From contig OZ249436.1 in the NCBI GenBank assembly GCA_965235115.1, forward strand, positions 2,420,001 through 2,484,000: a stretch of 64,000 nt of DNA. The letters are read 5' to 3'. A model generated the notes under the pieces. That model was not told the origin of the DNA, did not search any database, and worked only from the letters and a program-made list of their open reading frames with translations. Below are positions 12,100-24,686 of this stretch, one piece after another. A program made the translations under genes and the position numbers. The stretch is from Laetmonice hystrix (lineage: Eukaryota). Numbering within the stretch: the first letter of the stretch is position 1; the number at the start of each line of letters is the position of its first letter.

Positions 12100-13864
12100 T
12101 GGGTCAAATCACCATGAGCGGGCCATTTGGGAAAGGTATACCATGAACGGGCCATTTTCAGGAGCCTATCACTCACACATCGTTGCATAATACGATCTTG
12201 CTCCTTCCTTGTCTCAGTAGGATACAGCGAATCCGTTGTGTGCTGCCATCTAGTGTATTCGTTGGTTGCGATAGTATGGTGTCACAGAATGTTTTCCCCT
12301 CGCGTATTTTTCGCATCTCCCGCCTGGTTCATGACGTTCGTTTCGGTGAGTGTCAATTTTCAGTTAGCACTTTCCAAATGACAGACCTGCCTGCAAATCT
12401 TTGGCGAGCTTTGGGGGAAGCATCATGTTACTAAATTATTAGTGATATTAGAAAAGTATCTTTAACAGAAAAATATAAATTAGGATGAAATCATTGGTTT
12501 TGTTTTCATAATTTCTGAATAAAAACACCAAGTCAGGGTAGGCCTAACCTTGAGTGGTCCAACACGTGACCATGAGTGGTCCCACCGCCGTCACCATGAG
12601 TGGGCCACCCGGTTACCACCCACCCAAAGGCCCCCATAGCTAATATTTTAAGATAAGTTACCGAAAAGAAATTGAACCAAATACTTTATTTGACCATTCA
12701 AGTTAAAGGGAGTCGTAAAATTCATTTTTTTTCGATTTATGGCAGTCTTAGAAACATTATGATTCCCATACCTTGGACTCCCAGTAACATCATGTGAGAC
12801 TGTTATGGCCCAGCGACCAGTATTTAGTAAGGAAAATATGCCAAATCTCTCGCAAATACGTAGCTCAGAATTAGCGAGCGGCCCACAGGATATTTGAGTT
12901 GGCCGCAGTCGGGCGATGATGACGCGTGATCACGTGACTTCCGGGTGTACATGCAGTATTTAGGTCAATGCTAGACTAGAGGAGGTGGACTAGAGGGAGA
13001 TTCCCTTCCACACCCGGAAGTCACGTGATCACGCGTCATCATCGCCCGACCGCGGCCAACTCAAATATCCTGTGGGCCGCTCGCTAATTCTGAGCTACGT
13101 ATTTGCGAGAGATTTGGCATATTTTCCTTACTAAATACTGGTCGCTGGGCCATAACAGTCTCACATGATGTTACTGGGAGTCCAAGGTATGCGAATCATA
13201 TGTTTCTAAGACTGCCATAAATCGAAAAATGAATTTTACGACTCCCTTTAAGGAAAGCAAACAGAAGGCATTTCTGGTGGCAGTGAAGAAAGAAAGAAGG
13301 CTGAAACGGGAGATGTGTCTGGGTGGCTATAGCAGGCCTAGGCCTAATGGCAAAGAAAGAAAAGCAATAGGCCTAAAAGGTAAAACAAAAAGTAGGGTTC
13401 AAGTCTATAAGGGAAGCTCGGTGTAGGCCTATACGGATGATCAGTGTGGGCAGTGCTGTCACGTGTAGATCTATAGGCATAGGGGCCTAAGTAGCTTACT
13501 GGGATTTATAATAATAATAATAATATAATGTAGATATAATAATAATAAAAGGTCTAATAATAATAATAGGCCTAATAATAATAATAATATTAATACCCCG
13601 GTCCACTCATGGTGACCCCCCGGTCCACTCATGGTACGTGGCCCCTGGCCCACTCATGGTGATTTTGGCTCCTACAACTTTTCGATTCCTCACACATTAT
13701 TTTTGAGTCTTTTTGAGGTCTTGCGCTCTTGATTTTTGAGAGAGCAAAATTTCCTACTTGTAAGATGATGTGCAGATTGATGGGATAGTGTGACTGTTAA
13801 GGAAACCACAGCCTTTCAAAATATTTGATACCAACAACCGGCCCACTTATGGTGATTTGACCCC
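12100..13864. mobile_element. Non-autonomous TIR DNA transposon with TA target and (G)GGG...CCCC ends (Tc1/mariner/pogo-like target preference)
   Basis: Left gggtcaaatcaccatgagcgggcc (12101) is the inverse of right ggcccacttatggtgatttgacccc (13840-13864). TA lies on both flanks. Internal copies of the accatgagtgg motif occur at about 12570-12605 and inverted at about 13600-13663. Confidence 0.8.
12707..13247. mobile_element. Kolobok-type foldback MITE nested in the element above
   Basis: TTAA target duplication (12703-12706 and 13248-13251) and AGGG...CCCT ends. Near-perfect inverted arms of about 240 bp (12707-12948 vs 13010-13247) surround a spacer of about 60 bp. Confidence 0.88.
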
Positions 13865-13896
13865 TAGGCCTATCCTATCTTCGACGTCATGGGTAG

Positions 13897-14236
13897 CTGG
13901 GCTTCCGCTAGCCGTTCGCCACGTTCGCATTGGCGAAAAACAGAGCAAAATGGCGAAAGAAAATATTGCAAAAAATACCATATTTTCGCCACACTGGCGA
14001 ATATAAAAATTCCCAGAAAGGCAAGGAAATTATTGCCATCAGACCGCTAAACCTAGGCCTACACATGAAATGTTCCATGTTGTATGAAAAAGTGTTTATT
14101 TCACGTATCAGTGGCATTGTCTTTTTTCGGTCGGGAGTCTCAAGATGTGGCTAAAAAAATTCTGATGTGGCTACAGGATTTGGTTACCCGTTTAGCTACG
14201 GTGGCTAAAGTAGATGATTGGCAAGAGGAAGCCCAG
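13897..14236. mobile_element. Short TIR element (hAT-like MITE)
   Basis: ctgggcttccgctagcc and ggcaagaggaagcccag are imperfect inverted termini, with subterminal tcgcca/tggcga/tggcta motifs. The TSD is unclear because the next element abuts it. Confidence 0.6.
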
Positions 14237-17200
14237 CTCCCAGTGAAGACGTGAGCTAATGCCATACTCATAATGAGCTCACCTGAAAGTCACAGGATGA
14301 GGTCATAAAGATGACCTAACACTGACATCACAGTGATGTCACAATTCTATCATGATGTGACTTCACGAAAAACTACCTCACTATGATGACACAGGGAACT
14401 CACATTGTGAGGTCATACTTTGATCTATCCGTTAGCTAACTGACATCATGGTCTTTGAGTTCATAGTGAGATCATCCTGAGAGGTCACAATATGAGGTTG
14501 CTGCGAGTTCATGGTGATGTAGTCAGTGGTGTCACAACTTCTCACAGTGTGAGGTCATACTGTGAGCTTTCTGTGAGCTTATGGTGAGGTCTCACCATAC
14601 CAAGTTCTGAAGTCATATCGTGAGCTTTCTGTGACCTGTTGGTGATGTATTTGTCAAAGCATCACAGTGATGTCACAATTCTATCATGATGTGACTTCAC
14701 GAAAAACTACCTCACTATGATGACACAGGGAACTCACATTGTGAGGTCATACTGTGATCTATCCGTTAGCTAACTGACATCATGGTCTTTGAGTTCATAG
14801 TGAGGTCATCCTGAGAGGTCACAATATAAGGTTGCTGTGAGTTCATGCATGGTGAGTTCGTGCATGGTGATGTAGTCAGTGGTGTCACAACTTCTCACAG
14901 TGTGAGGTCACACTGTGAGCTTTCTGTGAGCTTTCTGTGACATGTTGGTGACAAGGCTATATCCCATATACATGGAGATACCCAGTGGGCGCAGGACATC
15001 ATATATTTTGGGTGAATCTTAGTTGCCACGTTGACAACCATATTGCAACGTCTTACGTTAACAGGACGTCGACAAATTGACCTCAGTAGACGGCCTAACA
15101 GCAGGTATAGACTCCTCTATGGGTCTGATATATAATATACTCTATTCGTTGTATTTGTACAAATCCATAGCGAAAGATACACGTGGTATCCTCACCGTAG
15201 ATTTATATGTGCATTTAAACACTGTGTGAAAAAAGATATCTGAAAATAAATCCGGGGAAATGTAAAGTTTATACATGTTGTAGCAATAGTAAAGTGGCCA
15301 CAACGTCCGATAACCGATAGGTGGCAGCACAAGTGCCTGGGGGGACAGGGTGATTAATTGAGGGGTTTTGGCCCCGTACAATTTTAAACAATTAGAAAAA
15401 CATCACAGATCGTTTCTTTAGGTGGCAAGGAGGATATATTAACATAATTAGGTGAATTTATGCATAATTAAGAAAATTGACTAGATCACATTTCTGGCCC
15501 GCCCAGACGTTGTTGGAGAGTTGCACTGAAAGGTGATATCTTTCCTAAAGTTGCGGTAATTGGTCAAAAATGGTTCAAATTCTATAAAAAGTGGCGTTTC
15601 TATAGCCTAGGTGTTCTACACATTTCTAAGTGGATTCTATTTCAGATTTCTTAGGTAAAGTATTTTTAATTAATTAATTCTGAATAAAAAGGTGGACTTC
15701 ACAATCTGAACACTATAGCTCTTTTGATAATGCCAGGGGAGTAATCATACTGCTCCTGTATGCAGGCATGCATGGTCACTCTCTATGTACGCATACCCCG
15801 CAATCCTTATTATAGAAATACACTTTAAGAATTAATTATACTTTTAAATGAAATAAGTTGTTATCCACTTTACTGTTGGAGGAACCTTAGTGAAATTCTC
15901 AACGTTGCTAGGAATACCAAATCTCCAATGAGTCTTCCATTTCTAATCCATTATAACAGAAAACTGGTTAATTAATAACCTAAATAATTAGGGCTAAGTG
16001 TACTTGTGGCGCAACCTTCTGTCAGGAATAGGAAACTTTGAATACATCTGTCTGCCTGTTTTAATAGCTTATTTGGGGTACCTTTCATTCCCTTTCATAG
16101 GCTCCAACTTTGCTTATATTCACAAGACCTTTTGCCGTAAAATGTCTTAAGTTTGGGATAAAAGGATTCAGTACTTTTTTAAATACGGACCCTCCGTAAT
16201 TCTCCCATACAGCTACCCCGACCTGAATCCACCCTGCACGCGGGCTCCGACGCTGCCGGTCACGGCAACCGGCCGCCTGTCGGCCGGGGAATTGATAGCG
16301 AAATCCCACGCTTGCTGTGTCTTTCTGCCTGAATATGGATCATTATGAATCTTTGCGGTTACACCCCTCAGTATCTCCCGAATAAAAACCCTGCAAGTTT
16401 GGAACCAAAGTATCTGACTTTGTTTTGAGGGCGCAATGTAAATAGGACACGCGCAGCTGTAAAAGTGTTTGGGGGGGGGGGGGTGGGGGTAATAGGCGGT
16501 GGTGTCGTTTTAGACGAACCTGACATATTCTAGGACACCTTCTCACCAACGTCCAAAGTTGGGATCAAGTTATTCACCCGTTTTTAAATTCCATGTGGCC
16601 TGTGCCTAAATTATACCGCGGCCCGCTGACCCAGACCTTCCTGGAGTGCAGCATTCTGCACACAGCATAATACACGCAACGAGGTACAAGCGACCGCTGG
16701 AGTGGGAATATGACCTCGGGGTCATGAGCAGTACCCCAGGTTCAGCACACGTGTACTGGTTGGCGCGCAATTCAGTTGACCGAGTTCCTCCTGCATGCTC
16801 GGGTGCAGCCATCAAGACATCATTCTAGATTCTACGTCCCTCCAATACAGGCTACAAACACGTAAGTATAGCTATGTAATCTGTAATGATCTGCTTCATT
16901 TATTGAACTTAGGAAAGCCTCAACTAAGGAAACTAATATGTTGCTATTTCCCGCCACTTTAGATCGAGTATTCCATATGTTCTAAAATAGTTCTTCCAAT
17001 AACAGCCCCGCCTCTGATGCCATCTTACAGACATAGGCTACATATTTAGGCCTATACATGTGTATGTAGAGGACCTTCCCCCACACCCCTTTTTAATGTA
17101 GTCCCATGCAGAACTTTAAACCAACAGTCTCATATCGCCTTTCTGAACAAAAGATTCATACTTTTGACAGGATTGATTGGATATTGTTCCAATTTTGTAA

Positions 17201-18497
17201 TTATTATAATAGGCCTAGTCTCTTTCACTTTCAAGGTCTACATATTATATATGTAGATTTGTGTGTGGAAGTACATGTAGGTAGTATAGTGTCTATACTC
17301 GTTGGTTTGACCTCATTCTTGCTCATATGCCCAAAGTTCCTTACACTGAATGAGAGGGTGAGACCGCAGATATCATTATGGGATGTTGGCGGGCCATAAA
17401 AATAGGAATTAACCTACTTAGAGTGTGGAGAAATAAGATACCAGGCCGGGACTAGGTCAGGGTACTGTAACCCTGATGTTTGACATGTCAGCACATCATG
17501 CCATGTGTGAAGTATTTTATATTTAATCTACGCCAACGCATCAGTTTGTGTGTGTTCGTAGGGTTCAAAGCATTGTCTTCAATTAGAATACAGAATATGC
17601 ATGGCATCTTTGCTTGGTGTGATTATATGCTGGTAGTCCATAGCTAATGAATATTCTGATTTTTGTTTGGATGTGTTTGATAAGTTTCTAATAAACTTTT
17701 CTCTTTTCTTGGGACTTTCAGTGGAGCTGTACTGTCTTTGGCCATGAGCTGGAAGGATGAGATATAAAGCACTGCTGGTACGTGTCTTAAGAGTGTAGTG
17801 ATGTACTATACTTTCCACTATAAATACTATACTAAAATATTATGACTTACTGTAGTCATGTCAGAAGGGGGCTCTCGGTCTCGTCTCGATTCCGCATTTG
17901 AAAGTTCTATCAATATCTCAGGTAGTTTACCCGGTTATCCTACAAACCACACTTAAAGTGATGTGCATTTAACTAGTTGTAATCAGTTGTAATACGCAGA
18001 TTCGCATAAGTTATGACAAATTTTCCACGGCCCCACTATAGTCTAATGAGATGGATATGAACAACCCTAATATTGCCATTTTCAGGAATAGTGCAGTTTG
18101 ACAATGCAATGCTTTTGCAGTGTTTGAATATTATTATTGTATTTCCTTGAACATATCCAGGTATTTTGGTTTAGGAAAATTGATTAGATCTGCAAAGGTG
18201 GAAGATCCAGTGGTACTAATAAACTATGTAGAATTGCAATGGCCAATCATTAGAATTGTCCAGAGGTTGCCGACCTGAGCCATACATAAAGGCATTAATA
18301 TACAAAACTCTGGAAATTGCCACTGTGCAGTGTTGTAATAATAACAAATATCAAAAGTTTTTCAATATCAACTCTAATGGCTGCACTACAATGTTTATTT
18401 CTATACATTTTCAGATTTCAGCATGCTGATCTTACAGAAAGTCTGGAGCAAAATCTCGCAGCCATCATGAGGGATGTGGCAAAGCTCAAAGCAGTAA

Positions 18498-18910
18498 AGC
18501 CGGCCTCAGGTCGCCCTTGCGCCGCGCCGGATCAGTCGGCGACTGCCTAGGCCTATTTGGCGATAACCCACGACTGAGCCACGACGATCCACGACGAATC
18601 AGTCGTCGACCAAGGGTAACATGAGTGTGGTTGGGCCGGCGCGTCGACCGTCGTCGACCGAGAAGATCAGCCGTCGTAGAAGTAGAAATTGTTCAACTTC
18701 TACGCCGCGACGGAACAAGATTATAGGCCTACCAGTCGGCGATCGAGCGCAGTCGACCTGAGCGTGGTTGTAATTGATCGGCGACAAGATGCTGACAGTC
18801 GCAGGAAGGTGTACCCGATCTCCTCACAGGCGACATAAGCATGAAATTCACGTCAATTGCCGACGGTTCCGTCGCAGCGCAAGGAATCGCAGGGCGACCT
18901 GAGGCCGGCT
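18498..18910. mobile_element. PIF/Harbinger-like MITE
   Basis: Perfect 20-bp TIR agccggcctcaggtcgccct / agggcgacctgaggccggct with a TAA duplication on both sides (18495-18497 and 18911-18913). The interior is CGAC/GTCG-rich. Confidence 0.88.
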
Positions 18911-18945
18911 TAAAGCGCATCCCAGACGAACAAGATCGGAATGAA

Positions 18946-19212
18946 CAAACTGAGCTCTCTGGTCTAAGAAACTGAGCTCTATGGATGGTCTGCCAAACTG
19001 AGCTCTATGGACGGTCTGACAAACTGAGCTCTATGGACGGTCTGACAAACTGAGCTCTATGGACAGTCTGACAAACTGAGCTCTATGGTCTGACAAACTG
19101 AGCTCTATGGGCTGACAAACTGAGCTCTATGGGCTGACAAACTGAGCTCTCTGGTCTGACAAACTGAGCACTACGCCACTAGATTTAGGCCTATGGTCTG
19201 ACGAACTGAGCT
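18946..19212. repeat. 23-27-bp minisatellite (ctgacaaactgagctctatgg[acgg]t), about 10 copies
   Basis: Seen directly. Confidence 0.9.
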
Positions 19213-20094
19213 CCATCTTCTTCCCTTCCAGTGTGGACATGGACCTTTTTGTACTAATTATGATGTAATAAACATTTAAACCATAATAACTGTGTTTTTG
19301 ATAAGATCTAAAAATACATAATATAAACTCGCAAATATATCATAGTTAGCTCACCTGGTGAGTTTGCCTTGCAAACTCACAAACAGCTCACAGGAAGCTC
19401 ATTCTGTGAGTTGTGCAAACTCACAGAGAAGTCACAGCTAGCTCACATATTGAGTTCAAACTCACAAAAAGCTCACAGAAAGCTCATAGTGTGAGATTTG
19501 CAAACTCATAGAAAGGTCACACTTAGCTCACCTGGTGAGTTTGTAGTACAAACTCACAAACAACTCACAGGAAGCTCATTCTGTGAGTTGTGCAAACTCA
19601 CAGAGGGGTCACAGCTAGTTCACATGGTGAGTTCAAACTCACAAAAAGCTCACAGAAAGCTAACAGTGTGAGATTTGCAAACTCATAGAAAGGTCACAGC
19701 TAGCTCACATGGTGACCTCACCATGTGACTTTATAGTGAGTTAACCTACTTGCTTCAAAATGAGTCTGCTGTGACCTAACCATGTGATCTTTCCATACCT
19801 TTAATGTGAGGTCACAGTGAGCTCACTGTGAAGTTAGATTCTTCACTGGGAGGGTAGGTAGGGCCTACGTAGGCCTACGCTAAGCCTTGCTCAAGGTCAT
19901 ATCAGGCGTTAGCAGGGGCGTAGGCCTACCTAGACGTACGCTAAACCCTGCTCAAGGTTAGTGTATTTTACACAGGGCCCTATCTGACTTGTTCGACTGT
20001 CTATGCTCACTCCATCCGCCGTCGCCAAGAGGGCTGGAGAGACTCTCGCGGGCCAGGCCCCCTAGCGGGAGTACAGTGAAGCAGTCCTAGTGTT

Positions 20095-20125
20095 TTAAAG
20101 GGCCGACAACTTCCGGCAACACGTG
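20095..20125 (+). promoter_or_regulatory. Putative ZCCHC7 core promoter region
   Basis: CpG-rich stretch with an ETS-like acttccgg (20109) and an E-box cacgtg (20120), about 100 bp upstream of the predicted ATG. Confidence 0.4.
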
Positions 20126-20215
20126 TAGTGGCAGCGACCACGAGTGGAACGCCAACCCAACGCTGTCGAAGGAAACATACTAATATATCGAACTCGTAAA
20201 CAAAAGGAGATAATT

Positions 20216-20222
20216 ATGGAAG
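20216..20222 (+). CDS. ZCCHC7: ZCCHC7-like exon 1 coding part (ATG GAA G)
   Basis: atggaag|gtaaat. Phase 1 joins in frame to exon 2 to give MEGMMDEDED. An alternative start is the ATG at 21829. Confidence 0.6.
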
Positions 20223-20426
20223 GTAAATTGTACTGCTGTAGTCATTGTAAATCCAGCAATCCAGGCGTATAGAGGCAATCTGGCCATATGTTGCTCGCTC
20301 GGCTTGCTTGCCTCAAATATCGCCCAACTCCCTGTGTGGCTGTCGTGTGTGATTGCGAAATTCTCTGTCCCGTCTACTAAATTACTTTAAACTGTAACGT
20401 CGGGACTATAATGGCTGGGTGGACGA

Positions 20427-20902
20427 CAGTGGGTGAGATCAAATATGAGAGTTAACTATACCCCTGGTTTATCCAGGTGTTATCTCAAGAAAAAGTATAC
20501 CAGGCTCCAGTAAACATTTTGACAATACCTAGTCAGTAGGCTAGTTAAACACTTTGATAAAACTCAGGTAACCCTTACCTGACCCATCAGTCACACCTGG
20601 GTAACCCCCACTCCTACCAGTCAATAAGCTTGACTCTGAGTTTTGACCTGTCTCAGGTGTTAACCCACAGGTGGTTAACACTTTAGGTATAGGTTTTCTA
20701 TTGTATTCTAAAGACACCTGGGACCTTACTGAGATTAAGGGGACACCTGAGTTATATCTAGGTGTTTACAAGGGGGGTTTTAGCTTTTTAACACGTTGTT
20801 GAGACAGTGTTAACTCAGGACGAGGTCAAATTTTGGATTAGTAGAACACTTTCTAAATAGCGTTAACACCCATTTAACTTTTAGATTTGACCTTACACAG
20901 TG
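20427..20902. mobile_element. Old CACTA-like MITE in intron 1
   Basis: Degenerate ~29-bp TIR (cagtgggtgagatcaaatatgagagttaa vs the inverse of ttaacttttagatttgaccttacacagtg), with many internal cacctg/caggtg/gttaac motifs. Confidence 0.5.
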
Positions 20903-21826
20903 TAGATGTAATGCTGAAAAATTTACTTGGGGAAAAAACTCGATAATGTTGGGTTATGAATTTCTCATCCAAGATATTTAAAAGAAATATAGCTCAGCCA
21001 CAGTGGCACAGCCGTGAATTCTGGAATAAAGATTTTTCAGGGCCTAGTGACTAGATTTGTGTTGTGACTAGTGTTGTGACTACTAAGCCACTAGATCTAT
21101 CTGTCTATAATACGCTAGCCTCAGGCTCAGTCTTTACTAAAGACTTTAGGGCAGTGGTAGGTGTACATCACAAAAAAATTCAAAGTGAATATGGAATAAA
21201 TATGACCAGAATTAACTAACAATCAATAAGGCATCTTTTCGTCATAACTGTCTTAAGATAGGTATGTTGCAATCCACGTATTTGAGATCAGCGAATCCTA
21301 TCACAATATTTTTAACTATGACAGGTATACATACACCTATAGCTATGCATCACGGAAAGTTTCAAAACCTGGCTGAAACGTATTGTACACATTACGGGAT
21401 CAGGCACCAGGCTTCTTGTTCTATACTTTCCTTGGTGAAGGACCCTCATCCCATTATGTGTTTTTATGGTGAAGACAATAGGACTTCAACAAGTTAAAAA
21501 ATTTATTTATAACCATCACAACAGTTTTATTGTTTTGATTTAAACAAGGTTCAAATTTAAAACCACCCATCTTTAAATCCCAAAATATGATGAGGATGTG
21601 GCTAGAGTGTGTTCTCTTGATGCTACTGTTCGGATGAGCCATTCACAACAAAAATTTTAAATCACAAAATAAAATGTGTACCTTTCATCTATAACTACCA
21701 TTTGGTATAGAAATGAGCTTGTAAAGTAAAGTAGCTCCAGACTTGCAGTGATTTGACATGAATTATCTACCTGTGGTTTGGGTTAATAAAACTTGTGTCT
21801 TATAAAGATATGTCTCCTTATTGCAG

Positions 21827-22726
21827 GCATGATGGATGAAGATGAAGACGACATGTACAGAGATACGGTGACAGGAGCTCAAGATATTCAATATTACGGT
21901 TATTCTTCCGATGAAATGGATGAAGCAGAACTTGAAGCAGAACTCTACAGCCAGTTTCACTTTAATCCAGTGCCAGACGTCATTCCTGAATGTCGCAGTC
22001 CAAGCTCACAAAACCAGGTTGTCCTGGGACAAAGTCCAACAAAGGACAGAAGTGATAAGACAAGGAAAGAACATATTTCAGAGGTTCTTCCGACTCCTGA
22101 GGGTGCAAAGGTTCCTGTTCATCACCATTCAAATTCACGATCAAAACGGAAGTCCAACAACAAAAAAGTCACTGCTTTAAACCACACAGATCTTTCCAAG
22201 TTTCTTCAAAGGAGTTGTGACCCTCAACCGAAGAAATTCCCCAAAAGAGGCAGAAAGAAAAAATCATTGAAGTCGTCTAATTTGTCAGTTGTTGTAGTTT
22301 CTAGTGAAAGTGACACCGAGAAAAAAGAAAAAGATATACATGATAAATTTATAATAATTGATAGTATATCAAGTTGTGATGAGGATACTTCTATCAAAAT
22401 TACAAGTGATGATGACCCTAGATGGAAAGGCAAAAGGAAATTAGACTCTGAATGTAGAGTTATTAGCAGTACATCTGACAGTGGGGGGCAGAACTCTGTT
22501 GACTCCTCGGACAATGAGTCAGAATCTGTCGTGAGTCTGTCCTCCGTCGTGAGCCTGTCCTCTGTGGAATCAGAGAGTTCTTTAGACAGTGGCAGCAGTA
22601 ATGAACCTAGGAAGGCTGAAATGATATTGAATATCGCCAAGAACACGTCGTCATTCACACTGGACTGTGCTGAGTTGGAGGACTATGAGGACCTTTCCAT
22701 TGAGGACATTCACAAATCATTGGGAG
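21827..22726 (+). CDS. ZCCHC7: ZCCHC7-like exon 2 (acidic, Ser/Lys-rich N-terminus; ELEAELYSQFHF)
   Basis: Acceptor ttgcag|, donor |gtatga, 900-nt open frame. The E.E..LYSQ.H motif resembles the ZCCHC7 N-terminus. Confidence 0.88.
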
Positions 22727-22797
22727 GTATGATCACAATTTATGCAATCTTAATTTTTGAAGAAGAGTTTTTATCATGGCTTGAACCTCTAATTTAA

Positions 22798-23403
22798 AGA
22801 GACGCGTCACTTGTCTCAGTGGCGCCACCTCGTGGCAATTGACGAACTCTATTTTTACACGTTGCAGCGCGTTTTTTTACGTCACTCAATGCTGTCAACA
22901 ACACGGCAATGCAGAGGCAGAGTCAAGTCTGGCCGCTTCGGATCCCAGAAACAGTTTGACAAAAGGCTTCACGATGCCAGAAAAATGTACTTGACTATGT
23001 GTTTTAACATTGGAGTCTATGGGACCGATAAGACCCTTGGTAGTGAAAATGTCGATATCTCATGAATTTCCATGGTGACATATGATTTTTTTTAATCTAA
23101 AGTGTTCAAAACAAGTCATGCAACAATTCTGAGAAGTATTTTCAGAATCTCTGGGTTAGAAATGTCTGAAAAAAATCTTCTCTCTTCTAATTCGAACCAA
23201 AAATTTCACGTATCTCTCTCTACTGTAGACTGTAGTAGTGCGAGTTGAAGGCCTATCTTCAAATGCTCATAACTCAGGATCCGATATGGTGACCCGCCAT
23301 TTCCTTTGCACCAAAATACTCGAAAAATGTAGAATTATTTTATGTGAAAGTAGCCTGAAAATCTCTGGGTCAGAAATTTTTGACTTATTGGTGTCGAGTC
23401 CCT
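22798..23403. mobile_element. Kolobok-like non-autonomous element in intron 2
   Basis: TTAA on both sides (22794-22797 and 23404-23407). Imperfect 13-bp TIR agagacgcgtcac / gtgtcgagtccct with AG...CT ends. Confidence 0.7.
22819..22837 (-). promoter_or_regulatory. Candidate CTCF-binding motif
   Basis: The minus strand reads tgCCACGAGGTGGCGCcac, close to the CTCF core consensus. Confidence 0.5.
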
Positions 23404-23500
23404 TTAATTGTCTATAGATCTGTTTAAAATTCAGTCATGTCCACAACAGGTTCCAACTCCCATGCTTGACTAGTGGTAGTGGTTATTGGCATCTGGTAGC

Positions 23501-23879
23501 ACAACAGTTGTCAGTTTAGATCCAGGTTCTCTGACAAATAATGATCACTAGTGTTAGAATGATAGACCACTTATTTGAACTGATTCTCCATGACAGGAAT
23601 GTAGCCTGCATTGCTTCTTACAACAACCAAACAAACAGCATATTTTGTGGTTTTGTGTGTTGCATCTAAAAAAATACTTGGAATACCTGTAAGAACATTA
23701 TTATTCATGAAGTGATGAGAAAATAAAGTGGAACCTTTATTTCTACGGTGCCTTTCACACAGAGTAATTATTGCTTGGTGCTCTCATCGCCTGAATCAGT
23801 TCAAATTAGTGATGATCATTTCAGCACTAGTGATCATTATTTGTCAGTTTAGACCTGGATCTAAACTGACAACTGTTGT
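23501..23879. mobile_element. Inverted-repeat (foldback) element in intron 2
   Basis: acaacagttgtcagtttagatccaggt..ctgacaaataatgatcactagtg (23501-23586) is mirrored at 23793-23879. Confidence 0.7.
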
Positions 23880-23942
23880 CAGTTTAAACCAGTTGTCAGT
23901 TAAGACCTAAACAAATGTCGTTTTCACTCAATGAATTTGCCA

Positions 23943-24247
23943 TGTATAGACAACCGTTATCTTGGGTGCACTCGTTTTGACTTGCCCTGTATAGACAACC
24001 ATTATCTTGGGTGCACTCGTTTTGACTTGCCCTGTATAGACAACCATTATCTTGGGTGCACTCGTTTTGACTTGCCCTGTATAGACAACCCTTATCTTGG
24101 GTGCACTCGTTTTGACTTGCCCTGCATAGACAACCATTATCTTGGGTGCACTCGTTTTGACTTGCCCTGCATAGACAACCATTATCTTGGGTGCACTCGT
24201 TTTGACTTGCCCTGTATAGACAACCATTATCTTGGGTGCACTCGTTT
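23943..24247. repeat. 45-bp minisatellite, about 7 copies
   Basis: Unit tgtatagacaaccattatcttgggtgcactcgttttgacttgccc seen directly. Confidence 0.96.
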
Positions 24248-24276
24248 TTCATGCACATGTTAATAATTTTCTTCAG

Positions 24277-24422
24277 AATGTGACTGGAGTGTTATTCCCA
24301 AGGATCACACTACTGGTACATCCTTTGTGAATGCTGGGAGTCGGTACTTTAAAGCTTTAAATATTCGCTGCCACAACTGTAATGAGCGAGGACATCTCTC
24401 CAAAGTTTGTCCTAAGCCGAAG
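24277..24422 (+). CDS. ZCCHC7: ZCCHC7-like exon 3 (WSVIPKD...RYFKALNIRCHNCNERGHLSKVCPKPK; zinc knuckle 1)
   Basis: cttcag| ... |gtactc, with a CX2CX4HX4C motif. Confidence 0.92.
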
Positions 24423-24686
24423 GTACTCCCTGTTACTATAACTTTGAACAGAATTTATAAGAAGGGTACTTTTGATAACTACATAGTAAGTGCTATCTTG
24501 TTCACTGGTATTGGGATACGGTGTCTGTTTCCAGGCAAACTGATGTAGTTATTGTCAGGAACCATGAGTAGTTTATGGATATCTTCTAGTAACATAAAGT
24601 AATCTCAATGAAGTTTTAATGCTTTACATGTTCAGAACAAATTCAGGATAACTTTTAACATCTAGAACCTCTTTCTTGCATTACAG

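Larger units (their letters stand above)
14239..19850. mobile_element. About 5.6-kb CACTA/EnSpm-like non-autonomous element with long subterminal repeats
   Basis: Termini CCCAGTGAAGA...TCTTCACTGGG. Left subterminal GTGAG/CTCAC-rich repeats at 14250-14950 include an ~335-bp duplication, and inversely oriented repeats at 19340-19830 include an ~180-bp duplication. No transposase ORF. The 2-bp TSD does not match. Confidence 0.72.

Noticed and set aside
14239..19850. Autonomous transposase within the CACTA-like element
   Set aside because: There is no long ORF or recognisable transposase motif on either strand.
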